NCBI RefSeq assembly: GCF_009914755.1 | Contig: NC_060929.1 | Strand: one strand, 5' to 3' | From: the human T2T-CHM13v2.0 reference genome, Homo sapiens | DNA length: 64,000 bases | In this document: piece by piece, positions 41,924 through 56,112 of the stretch | How the letters are laid out: every line of letters begins with the position of its first letter | Position numbering within the stretch: position 1 is the first letter of the stretch | The notes under the pieces: generated by a model | What the model was told of the DNA's origin: nothing | The model's input: the letters and a program-made list of their open reading frames with translations, nothing else | The model's database searches: none | Made by a program: the position numbers and the translations under genes

Positions 41924-43412
41924 ATAGGACAACAGTGTCGGAGCTGGTGCTGGGCTTAGTTGGAGACACCCAAGGCCTGGTGCAGCTGAGGGCTCAGTGG
42001 GCCCCAGGCAGGAGCCACACACCCAAGAGCCTGAGGTTGAGGCTACAGCGGAGGCCAGAGGGAGCTGGGCTATGGAGGAGGATGCAAGGGTTCTGGGGCA
42101 TCACCCTGTGGGCATTTGAGGTCCCCAGGACAATGGCAGGACAGGAAAGCCAGGTCTTTGAGGGTCCTGAGCACACGCCTGGGACAGCAGCTCTGGCCCA
42201 CAAAGGCTATAGTGCCCTTGGAGCCTGGGGGGCTCTGGGCAGGGCCCACGGCTGAGTTGCCTGGAGCCTGGGGTGAGGGGTCCAGGACAGACACTGGGAA
42301 AAATCACCTGTGGTGACCCCCGCCTGGCCCTGCATCCCTCAGTGGCTCAGAGGTGGCCCGAGGTCACGCCGAGGCTCCGTCCTCTCCTCAACCCCGTGTG
42401 GTTTACCACGTCCTCATCAGCCAGGGGGTGACTAACTGCCAGGAACAATTGGCAAATGGGACCGTGGGTGGGAGCCCATCCATCCTCCAAGCCCACGGTC
42501 CAGGCCAGCGCAACAGCTTTCCAGACCACAGGCTCCTGTCGGGGATTTCAGAAGATCCGGAAATCATTTTACGACCGCATTACCTTTAGCCAACCTTGCT
42601 CATTGGAGGAAGGTGAAGGTTTGGGGAAGTAAACGCAGCCGCGAAGCCCCAGCCCAGTGCTCTGCCCGTGAGGCCGTGGGAGGGGCTGGTCTCACTTCCA
42701 CTTCCACTTCCTGTTTAATTTTCATAGGCTTTAAAATCACACAGGCAGAGTAGGGAGGGCAGGCGCTGCCCTAGCAGAGAGCTGGGTCAGATGTGGGTTC
42801 ACAGGTGGAGCCTGGCACATTCGTCCCCGAGAGTGAACAAACAGCACCCCGGGCCCGGCTGCCCATTCCTTGGGATAGGAGGACAGCAGGACAGGAGGCA
42901 TCGAGGACACAGCAGCTTCCTGCTCTCACACGCTGAGGGGCCGGGGCCAGGCCTTTGCGCACCAGGCATCCCCTCAGTAGGACTCAAGGCACTGCACGCC
43001 CCCCAGGGGTCTCCTTCCTGCCTCCAGTCAGGCTGTGGGACCTGAAGCTCCCCAGGGGCCTTGTCTGGCTTGGCTCTGAGGTGGGTCCCAAGTGTCACAT
43101 GAGCCTGGTGAGACACAAAACCCAAACAGGGCCAGGAGACCACCAGGGAGGCCAATGCTCTTGGGGTGTGGGTTGGAGGGGCCAAGCCTCTGAAGCTGGT
43201 GTCCCCGCCTGCTGGCCATGTTGGGGTGCCTGTCTCGTGCCACCTGCTTGCAGGCCAGGGGGTTGTCACTGTATTTCCTCCAGGTCCTGTGCTGCTCAGG
43301 ACTCCCTGACCCACTGGAGGGGATTAGCAGCTGAGGACAGCTCTGAGAAGCCTGGTCGGCCCCGGGTCCTGCCCAGGCATCTTCAGCTGCGTCTCCTCAC
43401 CGGGTCTCTGAG

Positions 43413-43911
43413 TGAGAGACGAAGCCAGCTGGACTTCCTGGGTTGAGTAGGGACTTGAAGAACTTTTCTGTCTTACAAGAGGATTGTAAAATGCACCAAT
43501 CAGCACTCTGTAGCTAGCTAGAGGTTTGTAAAATGCACCAATCAGTGCTCTGTAAAAACGCACCAACCAGCACTCTGTAGCTAGCTAGAGGTTTGTAAAA
43601 TGGACCAATCAGCACACTGTAAAATGTTCGAATCAGCACTCTGTAAAATGGACCAATCAGCAGGACATGGGTGGTGACAACTAATGGAACAAAAGCTGGC
43701 CACCCCCCAGCCAGCAGCAGCAACCTACTCTGGTCCCCTTCCATGCTGTGGAAGCTATGTTCTTTCCCTCTCCACAATAAATCTTGCTGCTGTTCACTGT
43801 TTGGGTCCACACCACCTTTAAGAGCTGTAACACTCACCGCAAGGGTCCGTGGCTTCATTCCTGAAGTCAGCGAGACCATGAACCCACCGGAAGGAACAAA
43901 CTCCAGACACA
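43413..43911 (+). mobile_element. Solo LTR12-family (ERV9) LTR
   Basis: TG...CA termini, 4-bp TSD TGAG (43409-43412 and 43912-43915), repeated GTAAAATGCACCAATCAGCACTCT blocks, AATAAA near 43776, typical U5 GAGCTGTAACACTCACCGC. Confidence 0.92.
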
Positions 43912-46900
43912 TGAGGACCTGTCTGTGCATGAATGCAGCTGTGTGTGCTGTGACAAAAGCAGCTCTGTGGGACATAGGAGTGCTGGGTGTGGGGGTCCCA
44001 ACCAGATGACCTACCGGGACCTGTGGGCCCAGTGCTAGCCAGGTCTTAGTCAATGCCACTTAAACTAGCCAATTGGAGGCCCTTTTCCACTGGACATGCT
44101 GCCGGACTCATCTCCCCTTCTGGACTGAGGGCCTGAGGCCTGAGACTCCATGACCTGTGGGTCAGCACGGGCCAACCGCCTCAGTGGATGGAGCCCAGAG
44201 GCTGGATGTGGCCAAGGGCCTGAGTTCTATGGGGCCTTAGGCATCCTGGTGCCCCTTCCCATGGGGTGGGCAAGGCCCGCTGGAGGTTGTGAGGTGTCGA
44301 GAGCTGCAGGACATACCACAGGGCGGACGGCAGGCTCCTGGTGGCCACAGTGGGCCCCTGACCACTGACTTTGCAGAATGTGGCCAACTCTTTGTGGAGG
44401 GGGAAGAGGGAAGCTGACTCTGCCATGGCCTCTGGGGGTGTCCGTGCTGTGTCAGCAAGTGGGTCTTGGGTGCTCATGGGACCCTGCTGAAGCATCCTTG
44501 CTGGGGCCTTCCATAGAGCAGTCACTTAACTGTCTCAGGCCTTCTTCTCGTACAGGCTCTTCCATGGGGTTTTGCTCCCCTAGGGTCCAGCAGCTGAAAG
44601 CACAGCAGCCTCCCTGGCTCTTCTCAAGGCCAGCGTCCAAGGAGGGATTGCTGGGGCTGCAGGGAGCACAGGCAGGGCCTCCACCCTGGCCCACCACACT
44701 CGCTGGGCAGAGCCCCGCACAACCAGCCCTGAAGCCTGGGATTGCACCTGCTACCCTGCAGGCTAGGTCCTGTTCCAGCCCCAAGCTTTCTCTCCTCCTG
44801 TCCTGGCCCCTACAGGTCACGGTGGCTCTGGGAGCCCTGGGAAGGCCCGGGAAAGAGGAGGTCAGGGAAAGTGACTTTGCTTGTCCCTGCAGGGTCTGGA
44901 GCAGCTGCCAGGGCTTATCAGGAGGAAAGTCTACCCCGAGGTCACACCTGTCCTTGTGTGGTCCCAGCACTGACATTGGGCAGTCCTATGACCATGCCAC
45001 CCGGGAGCTTTTTTCAGAAGTGGTGCTAGTGCCAGGCTGTGACCCCAACACCAGCTGCCCTGCCCTATGAGGCCAGCCCTGGGGTCTCCGGATGGCCTTT
45101 TGCCGTCCTTTGCCCTTTACCCGACTGGAGACTGAGGCTTGGCTGTCTTAATCCCTGAATGGCCTTGTTCTCGGCTGGGGCGCCATATACTTGGGGCCAA
45201 AACCGGGTTAAGGATGGGGCGAGCGGCTCGGGAGACAGCCCCTCCTACCAATAAAGTTCACAGAATTACAGGGCTTGGACTTTGTGACACCTGATTATGT
45301 CTGTTGCGACACCCACTTCCTGCTCCCGGATAACTGAGGCAGGAGAGGCCACCCCACAGCTTGTGGGGCTTGAATGGCCAGGAATGGGGTTCCCACCTGC
45401 TGCTGCCTCTGTCCAAAGACCAGGATGGGGACTGGGAAGCCTCATGTTTAAAACTTGGACTCAGAGGGTCTCCAGGTGCACCCTGCAGGGACCCTCACCC
45501 CTCTGAGTCCAAGTTTTAAACAAGGGACAAGGCGTGCCACTTTGGAGTCAGAGTTGCTTCAAAGTGGGGGCTGTAGCCTGGAGGCCTAGACAATGGCTGC
45601 CAGGCTGACTGGGCAGTGGAGAGGGTGAGTGCTGGGGGCACCGAGGGCAGTGCCGGGGCCTCAGGAGCAGCTGCCCAAGGATGGCTCTTCCCTGGACCCT
45701 CATCGCAGGCCCGCCCCCTCCTAGAGACCCAGTGGGCTGCAGCCTGTCCAGGTAGGGTGGGGCTGGGGGTACGAACTGTGCAGCCCTCAGAAGCTGCAGA
45801 CCTGGGTCCACTGCCCCTTCGCTGGGAGTCTTGGCACGGGAGATGGTCAGGGCCACAGGGGCCAGGCAGCCAGGCCCATGACCTTGGGTGTGGTCTGCCC
45901 AGGACAACCCTCCCACACCGGCCCACCCCTGGGCCACCTGCCACCGTGAATCCAATGCAAGGCTGTTGTGACACTCACTCCCTGCTCCCAGATAACTGAG
46001 GCAGGAGAGGCCACCCCACAGCTTGTGGGGCTCGCTGGCCAGGGATGGGGCTCCCACCTGCTGCTGCCTTTGCTTTGCTTGCCTGACGCTGAGGCACCAG
46101 GTTGGAGGAAGCCCTGGCTCTGTGGGGGGGATGCAGGAGCTGGCACCTCACCTGCCTGCTGTGTGTCAGGGCTGGTGTCAAGCCTCCCGCCCAGAAGGGG
46201 GCTGGACGTGCTGGACAGTGGCAGGACAAACCGCCAGTGCTGGATTCCACATAGGCTGTGCGCTGTGGGTTCATGCTGCGTCTGCCTAGCGCAGGCAAAC
46301 GAGTCCAGCTCTGCCCAAACAGGCCGCCTCGCACTGGGAGCAGAGCCTCACCAGGATGCTGCACGTGGCACCTCCTCCCTCCCGTCTCTGCAGGTGCCGA
46401 CTCGCTGGTGCTCAGTAGCCAGAAATGCACAGTAAATAGGTGTCCTTCGATTCCAAGGAATAAATACCACTTTTTGTCCCACTTTAATATGCCACACAAT
46501 AATCTGTCTTTGGATTGGGATGCAGTGACGTGAGACATCTTGGTAAAGTCAAAACTGTCTCTCTCAGTTCCGGTAGCTTCAGATCCGACTGCTCTGAACC
46601 AGCAAACAGAGACTCCAAATCACAAACCTCCCTGGGAGCCACAAAGCCATTCCCTTTCTCTCACAGGAGCCCATCTATTACTTGTGTTTGAGACACGGCC
46701 ACCTCAGCGTGTCTCCGTGCTGATTCCCACTGCCCTGAGCCCTGGACAGGGGACCTGTGAGGGCCTCTCACCCCCAGGCAAGGCCACGCCAGTGTGAGCA
46801 GCAGCCAGGCTTCTGCTTTTTGAGGGTGCGGAGACGCAGCAGTAAGGAGACAGGACGTCACTCTCAGAGAGCTCCTGACCTCTGCCCCACACACCAGAGA

Positions 46901-47256
46901 CACGTCAGCTCCCGTGGGCCCCAAAGAGAGAGGGCACTCGGCTTAGGGGAGTCTTCCTGGAGGAAGTGATGCTGGGGGCGAGTCCTGAGGGCGGGATTAG
47001 CAGGCAAAGGAGAAGGGAAGAAAGTGGCCCAGCAATCCGTTGATTTTAAATGGTGAATCATTTTTCTGCACCACTCACACTGCCAGAAAGAATGAACTGT
47101 GGTCCCAGCTTAACATTCTCCAAATGCCTAGCAGGGCATCATGCAACCTCGGGTAGAATCATCCATTTCCCATGGGTTGGCAATGCTGTCTCTGTGATAT
47201 GCCATTTCCGTATACACCTGAGTCTAGTTCTGGAATTCCAGTTTCTTTTCCCTTAA

Positions 47257-47763
47257 TCCATCTTCACATTCTGGTACCAATCTACCTGAAACTCTACTCG
47301 CTGAAATGGTCGATTATGCTCTTCCCTTGATCCGTCTTCACGTTCTGGTACCGATCTACCTGAAACTCTACTGGCTGAAATGGTCGATTATGCTCTTCCC
47401 TCGATCCGTCTTCACGTTCTGGTACCGATCTACCTGAAACTCTACTGGCTGAAATGGTCGATTATGCTCTTCCCTCGATCCGTCTTCACGTTCTGGTACC
47501 GATCTACCTGAAACTCTACTGGCTGAAATGGTCGATTATGCTCTTCCCTTGATCCGTCTTCACATTCTGGTACCGATCTACCTGAAACTCTACTGGCTGA
47601 AATGGTCGATTATGCTCTTCCCTTGATCCGTCTTCACATTCTGGTACCAATCTACCTGAAACTCTACTGGCTGAAATGGTTGATTATGCTCTTCCCTCGA
47701 TCTGTTTTCACATTCTGGTACCAATCTACCTGAAACTCTACTGGCCGAAATGGTTGATTATGC
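47257..47763. repeat. 74-bp VNTR x7
   Basis: TCCGTCTTCA at 47331, 47405, 47479 and onward. Confidence 0.94.
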
Positions 47764-48092
47764 AAACCCAGCAAGTGAAGAGTCATAAATAAATGATGCT
47801 TCAATTTGAATTTTAATGATATGGAAAAATGTTCTCTGTGTGATGTGAGGGAAAAAAATCAACATCTACATATGCAAATTGATGCATATTGTGATTGTCT
47901 GAGGAATATTCTATATGCACAGAAAAGTGACTGGGCTGAAATGTAATTGGATCTTAACAATGCTCTAGATAGTAAGATTTGGGATGGGTTTTACTTTATT
48001 AACTTTTAGTTTTCTATAGCTTCTAATTGTTTTTAAATAGTGAACACACATGGCATACACACAAATGAATAAAGAGTTATTTTGAAAAGTGA

Positions 48093-48396
<304 letters not shown>

Positions 48397-48574
48397 TCAC
48401 TTCCTCCTCCAGCTGTGATGGAGTCACTGGATCAGGTTTACCACCTGCCTGAAACAAACAAACTAGAAAACAATACGGGAAACAAAGGTTTTGAAGACAC
48501 TGGACACTGGACAACATAGGACAGTCATCCCTAAGACAGGGGGAAGCAAATTAACAATGTACTATGGGATTATA

Positions 48575-48609
48575 TTAGGTTGGTGAAAAAGTAATTGCGG
48601 TTTTTTGCA
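48575..48609 (+). mobile_element. Half MADE1 / Hsmar1 terminal inverted repeat
   Basis: TA + TTAGGTTGGTGAAAAAGTAATTGCGGTTTTT versus consensus TTAGGTTGGTGCAAAAGTAATTGCGGTTTTT. Confidence 0.85.
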
Positions 48610-49885
<1,276 letters not shown>

Positions 49886-50057
49886 AGTGGATGCATGGAA
49901 AGTTTTATAGCACCTCTTGTTAAAAAAAAAAAAACAACCTCTAAATTTAGGTGATTCTCAGTTCTGAGTGGCTCTCAGTTGGTTACTGCACCAGAATCCG
50001 TGGTTTTTCATTCCTGTCCTAGAGCAAGCCCCAGAAGCTGGAAGATTTTCATCAAGA

Positions 50058-50372
<315 letters not shown>

Positions 50373-50598
50373 GATTTTCATCAAAAGATGTCACATCCAG
50401 GACCCAGGCTTGACCAGGAGAAATAAGGGTCCCCTGGGTGGGCTGTGAGGGGACTCCGGGTGGAGGACCCAGGAGAAGCATCTACAGTGGCTGTTAACTT
50501 CAGAGGTAAAGAAAACACCAGATGATGACAGAGAGATTTCTGATGGCAACAGGTGACAGCGTCAGCTGGAGAAAAATGAAAACTGCAGCTACAACCTC

Positions 50599-53500
50599 AC
50601 ATCTCTAACAAGCCTACAGCCCAGCCTCCCATCTCTAACAAGCCTACAGCCTCCCATCTCTAACAAGCCTACAGCCTCCCATCTCTAACAAGCCTACAGC
50701 CTCCCATCTCTAACAAGCCTACAGCCTCCCATCTCTAACAAACCTACAGCCTCCCTTCTCTAACAAACCTAACAGCCTCCCATCTCTAACAAACCTAACA
50801 GCCTCCCATCTCTAACAAACCTACAGCCTCCCATCTCTAACAAGCCTACAGCCTCCCATCTCTAACAAACCTACAGCCTCCCATCTCTAACAAGCCTACA
50901 GCCTCCCATCTCTAACAAACCTAACAGCCTCCCATCTCTAACAAACCTACAGCCTCCCTTCTCTAACAAACCTAACAGCCTCCCATCTCTAATAAACCTA
51001 ACAGCCTCCCATCTCTAACAAACCTAACAGCCTCCCATCTCTAACAAGCCTACAGCCTCCCATCTCTAACAAACCTACAGCCTCCCATCTCTAACAAACC
51101 TAACAGCCTCCCATCTCTAACAAACCTACAGCCTCCCTTCTCTAACAAACCTAACAGCCTCCCATCTCTAATAAACCTAACAGCCTCCCATCTCTAACAA
51201 ACCTAACAGCCTCCCATCTCTAACAAGCCTACAGCCTCCCATCTCTAACAAACCTACAGCCTCCCATCTCTAACAAACCTACAGCCTCCCATCTCTAACA
51301 AACCTAACAGCCTCCCATCTCTAACAAACCTACAGCCTCCCTTCTCTAACAAACCTAACAGCCTCCCATCTCTAATAAACCTAACAGCCTCCCATCTCTA
51401 ACAAACCTAACAGCCTCCCATCTCTAACAAACCTACAGCCTCCCTTCTCTAACAAACCTAACAGCCTCCCATCTCTAATAAACCTAACAGCCTCCCATCT
51501 CTAACAAACCTAACAGCCTCCCATCTCTAACAAGCCTACAGCCTCCCATCTCTAACAAACCTACAGCCTCCCATCTCTAACAAACCTAACAGCCTCCCAT
51601 CTCTAACAAACCTACAGCCTCCCTTCTCTAACAAACCTAACAGCCTCCCATCTCTAATAAACCTAACAGCCTCCCATCTCTAACAAACCTAACAGCCTCC
51701 CATCTCTAACAAGCCTACAGCCTCCCATCTCTAACAAGCCTACAGCCTCCCATCTCTAACAAACCTACAGCCTCCCATCTCTAACAAACCTAACAGCCTC
51801 CCATCTCTAACAAACCTAACAGCCTCCCATCTCTAATAAACCTAACAGCCTCCCATCTCTAACAAACCTACAGCCTCCCATCTCTAACAAGCCTACAGCC
51901 TCCCATCTCTAACAAGCCTACAGCCTCCCATCTCTAACAAACCTACAGCCTCCCATCTCTAACAAACCTACAGCCTCCCATCTCTAACAAACCTAACAGC
52001 CTCCCATCTCTAACAAACCTACAGCCTCCCTTCTCTAACAAACCTAACAGCCTCCCATCTCTAATAAACCTAACAGCCTCCCATCTCTAACAAACCTAAC
52101 AGCCTCCCATCTCTAACAAGCCTACAGCCTCCCATCTCTAACAAACCTACAGCCTCCCTTCTCTAACAAACCTAACAACCTCCCATCTCTAACAAACCTA
52201 CAGCCTCCCTTCTCTAACAAACCTAACAGCCTCCCATCTCTAATAAACCTAACAGCCTCCCATCTCTAACAAACCTAACAGCCTCCCATCTCTAACAAGC
52301 CTACAGCCTCCCATCTCTAACAAACCTACAGCCTCCCATCTCTAACAAACCTACAGCCTCCCATCTCTAACAAACCTAACAGCCTCCCATCTCTAACAAA
52401 CCTACAGCCTCCCTTCTCTAACAAACCTAACAGCCTCCCATCTCCAATAAACCTAACAGCCTCCCATCTCTAACAAACCTAACAGCCTCCCATCTCTAAC
52501 AAGCCTACAGCCTCCCATCTCTAACAAACCTACAGCCTCCCATCTCTAACAAACCTAACAGCCTCCCATCTCTAACAAACCTACAGCCTCCCTTCTCTAA
52601 CAAACCTAACAGCCTCCCATCTCTAATAAACCTAACAGCCTCCCATCTCTAACAAACCTAACAGCCTCCCATCTCTAACAAGCCTACAGCCTCCCATCTC
52701 TAACAAGCCTACAGCCTCCCATCTCTAACAAGCCTACAGCCTCCCATCTCTAACAAGCCTACAGCCTCCCATCTCTAACAAACCTACAGCCTCCCTTCTC
52801 TAACAAACCTAACAGCCTCCCATCTCTAACAAACCTAACAGCCTCCCATCTCTAACAAACCTACAGCCTCCCATCTCTAACAAGCCTACAGCCTCCCATC
52901 TCTAACAAACCTACAGCCTCCCATCTCTAACAAGCCTACAGCCTCCCATCTCTAACAAACCTAACAGCCTCCCATCTCTAACAAACCTACAGCCTCCCTT
53001 CTCTAACAAACCTAACAGCCTCCCATCTCTAATAAACCTAACAGCCTCCCATCTCTAACAAACCTAACAGCCTCCCATCTCTAACAAGCCTACAGCCTCC
53101 CATCTCTAACAAACCTACAGCCTCCCATCTCTAACAAACCTAACAGCCTCCCATCTCTAACAAACCTACAGCCTCCCTTCTCTAACAAACCTAACAGCCT
53201 CCCATCTCTAATAAACCTAACAGCCTCCCATCTCTAACAAACCTAACAGCCTCCCATCTCTAACAAGCCTACAGCCTCCCATCTCTAACAAACCTACAGC
53301 CTCCCATCTCTAACAAACCTACAGCCTCCCATCTCTAACAAACCTAACAGCCTCCCATCTCTAACAAACCTACAGCCTCCCTTCTCTAACAAACCTAACA
53401 GCCTCCCATCTCTAATAAACCTAACAGCCTCCCATCTCTAACAAACCTAACAGCCTCCCATCTCTAACAAGCCTACAGCCTCCCATCTCTAACAAACCTA

Positions 53501-53913
53501 CAGCCTCCCATCTCTAACAAACCTAACAGCCTCCCATCTCTAACAAACCTACAGCCTCCCTTCTCTAACAAACCTAACAGCCTCCCATCTCTAACAAACC
53601 TACAGCCTCCCATCTCTAACAAACCTAACAGCCTCCCATCTCTAACAAACCTACAGCCTCCCATCTCTAACAAACCTAACAGCCTCCCATCTCTAACAAA
53701 CCTACAGCCTCCCATCTCTAACAAGCCTACAGCCTCCCATCTCTAACAAGCCTACAGCCTCCCATCTCTAACAAACCTACGGCCTCCCATCTCTAACAAA
53801 CCTACAGCCTCCCTTCTCTAACAAACCTAACAGCCTCCCATCTCTAACAAGCCTACAGCCTCCCTTCTCTAACAAACCTAACAGCCTCCCATCTCTAACA
53901 AGCCTACAGCCTC
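50599..53913. repeat. Giant 25/26-bp VNTR (CAGCCTCCCATCTCTAACAAACCTA[A]), about 130 copies, 3.3 kb
   Basis: Highly homogeneous with a few recurring variants; the 17-aa ORF repeat equals 25+26 bp. Confidence 0.97.
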
Positions 53914-54384
53914 GCATTTCTGACGTTTCCTTTTGGGTCTGGGATCACTTGTACAGTCTTTACAAAGTATTTGATTACAGACTGAACTACAGGCAGTGGT
54001 CACACAGTTCGGGGAATATCAGGAGTCAGATAACATGGGGAAAATCAGTGCCGCGTTCTGGGATTCCTGGCCATTTCCTTCCTGGCTGAGAGCCTCGTAT
54101 GCAAATCTCCAAACATCACACCGGGGCGGGGTGCACAGGAGAGCCGAGTGAGGCCCTGGCCCCTATGCCGCTTGCCAGGTTCACCTTCAGGGTGATTGTA
54201 GCATTTTTATGGCAAGGAAAATAAACGAGCCGTTACCTTTCACCAAATCGCACTGTATTTTATTCATTTAGGGTGTACACACCTATCTGCTCTTCAAAGG
54301 AATTTTGGGCAGATTGTAAAATTACGCTCAACATACAGCAAGGCGACTATAAATACAAAAGCAGCACTGAGGTGCTGGTGCTGC

Positions 54385-56112
54385 GGGTGGGTCACGGGAT
54401 AAACCAGGCGTGGGGTCTGGGTCACGGGATGACCCGAGGGTGGGTCACGGGATAAACCAGGGGTGGGGTCTGGGTCACAGGATGACCCGGGGGTGGGTCA
54501 CGGGATAAACCAGGGGTGGGGGGCTGGGTCACGGGATGAACGGGGGGCGGGTCACAGGATGAACCGTGGGCGGGTCATGGGATAAACCAGGGTGGGGTCT
54601 GGGTCACAGGATGACCCGGGGGTGGGTCACGGGATAAACCAGGGGTGGGGGGTGGGTCACGGGATGAACGGGGGGCGGGTCACAGGATGAACCGTGGGTG
54701 GGTCATGGGATAAACCAGGGTGGGGTCTGGGTCACGGGATGAACGGGGTTGGGGGCTGGGTCACGGGATGAACCGGGGGGTGGGTCACGGGATGAACGGG
54801 GGGGGGGGGCTGGGTCACGGGATGAACGGGGGGTGGGTCACGGGATGAACGGGGTTGGGGGCTGGGTCACGGGATGAACCGGGGGGTGGGTCACGGGATG
54901 AACGGGGGGGGGGGCTGGGTCACGGGATGAACGGGGGGGGGTGGGTCACGGGATGAACGGGGGGGGGTGGGTCACGGGCTGAACCGGGGTTGGGGGTGGG
55001 TCACGGGATGAACGGGGTTGGGGGCTGGGTCACGGGATGAACGGGGGGTGGGTCACGGGATGAACAGGGGGTGGGTCACGGGATAAACCGGGGTGGGGGG
55101 CTGGGTCATGGGATGAACGGGGGGTGGGTCACGGGATGAACCGGGGTGGGGGGTGGGTCATGGGATGAACCGGGGTGGGGGGCTGGGTCATGGGATGAAC
55201 GGGGGGGTGGGTCACGGGATGAACGGGGGGGGGTGGGTCACGGGCTGAACCGGGGTTGGGGGTGGGTCACGGGATGAACGGGGTTGGGGGCTGGGTCACG
55301 GGATGAACGGGGGGTGGGTCACGGGATGAACGGGGTTGGGGGCTGGGTCACGGGATGAACCGGGGGGTGGGTCACGGGATGAACGGGGGGGGGGCTGGGT
55401 CACGGGATGAACGGGGGGGGGTGGGTCACGGGATGAACGGGGGGGGGTGGGTCACGGGCTGAACCGGGGTTGGGGGTGGGTCACGGGATGAACGGGGTTG
55501 GGGGCTGGGTCACGGGATGAACGGGGGGTGGGTCACGGGATGAACAGGGGGTGGGTCACGGGATAAACCGGGGTGGGGGGCTGGGTCATGGGATGAACGG
55601 GGGGTGGGTCACGGGATGAACCGGGGTGGGGGGTGGGTCATGGGATAAACCGGGGTGGGGGGCTGGGTCACGGGATGAACCGGGGGGTGGGTCACGGGAT
55701 GAACGGGGTTGGGGGCTGGGTCACGGGATGAACGGGGGGGGGTGGGTCACGGGATGAACGGGGGGGGGTGGGTCACGGGCTGAACCGGGGTTGGGGGTGG
55801 GTCACGGGATGAACGGGGTTGGGGGCTGGGTCACGGGATGAACGGGGGGTGGGTCACGGGATGAACAGGGGGTGGGTCACGGGATAAACCGGGGTGGGGG
55901 GCTGGGTCATGGGATGAACGGGGGGTGGGTCACGGGATGAACCGGGGTGGGGGGTGGGTCATGGGATGAACCGGGGTGGGGGGCTGGGTCATGGGATGAA
56001 CCGGGGTGGGGGGCTGGGTCATGGGATGAACGGGGGGGTGGGTCACGGGATGAACCGGGGTGAGGGGTGGGTCACCGGATGAACGGGGGTGGGTCATGGG
56101 ATGAACCAGGGG
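54385..56112. repeat. G-rich VNTR, core GGGTCACGGGATGAAC plus variable G tracts, about 1.7 kb
   Basis: Roughly 60-65 units of 22-31 bp (estimated). Confidence 0.96.

Noticed and set aside
47257-47763. CRISPR-like appearance of this and other regular arrays
   Set aside because: Units are contiguous without unique spacers, there are no cas genes, and the DNA is primate.
50599-53913. Interstitial telomere
   Set aside because: No TTAGGG runs; only telomere-like words inside a 25/26-bp unit.
54099-54360. U6-type snRNA promoter (octamer plus TATA)
   Set aside because: No recognisable PSE and no snRNA body or T-run terminator downstream.
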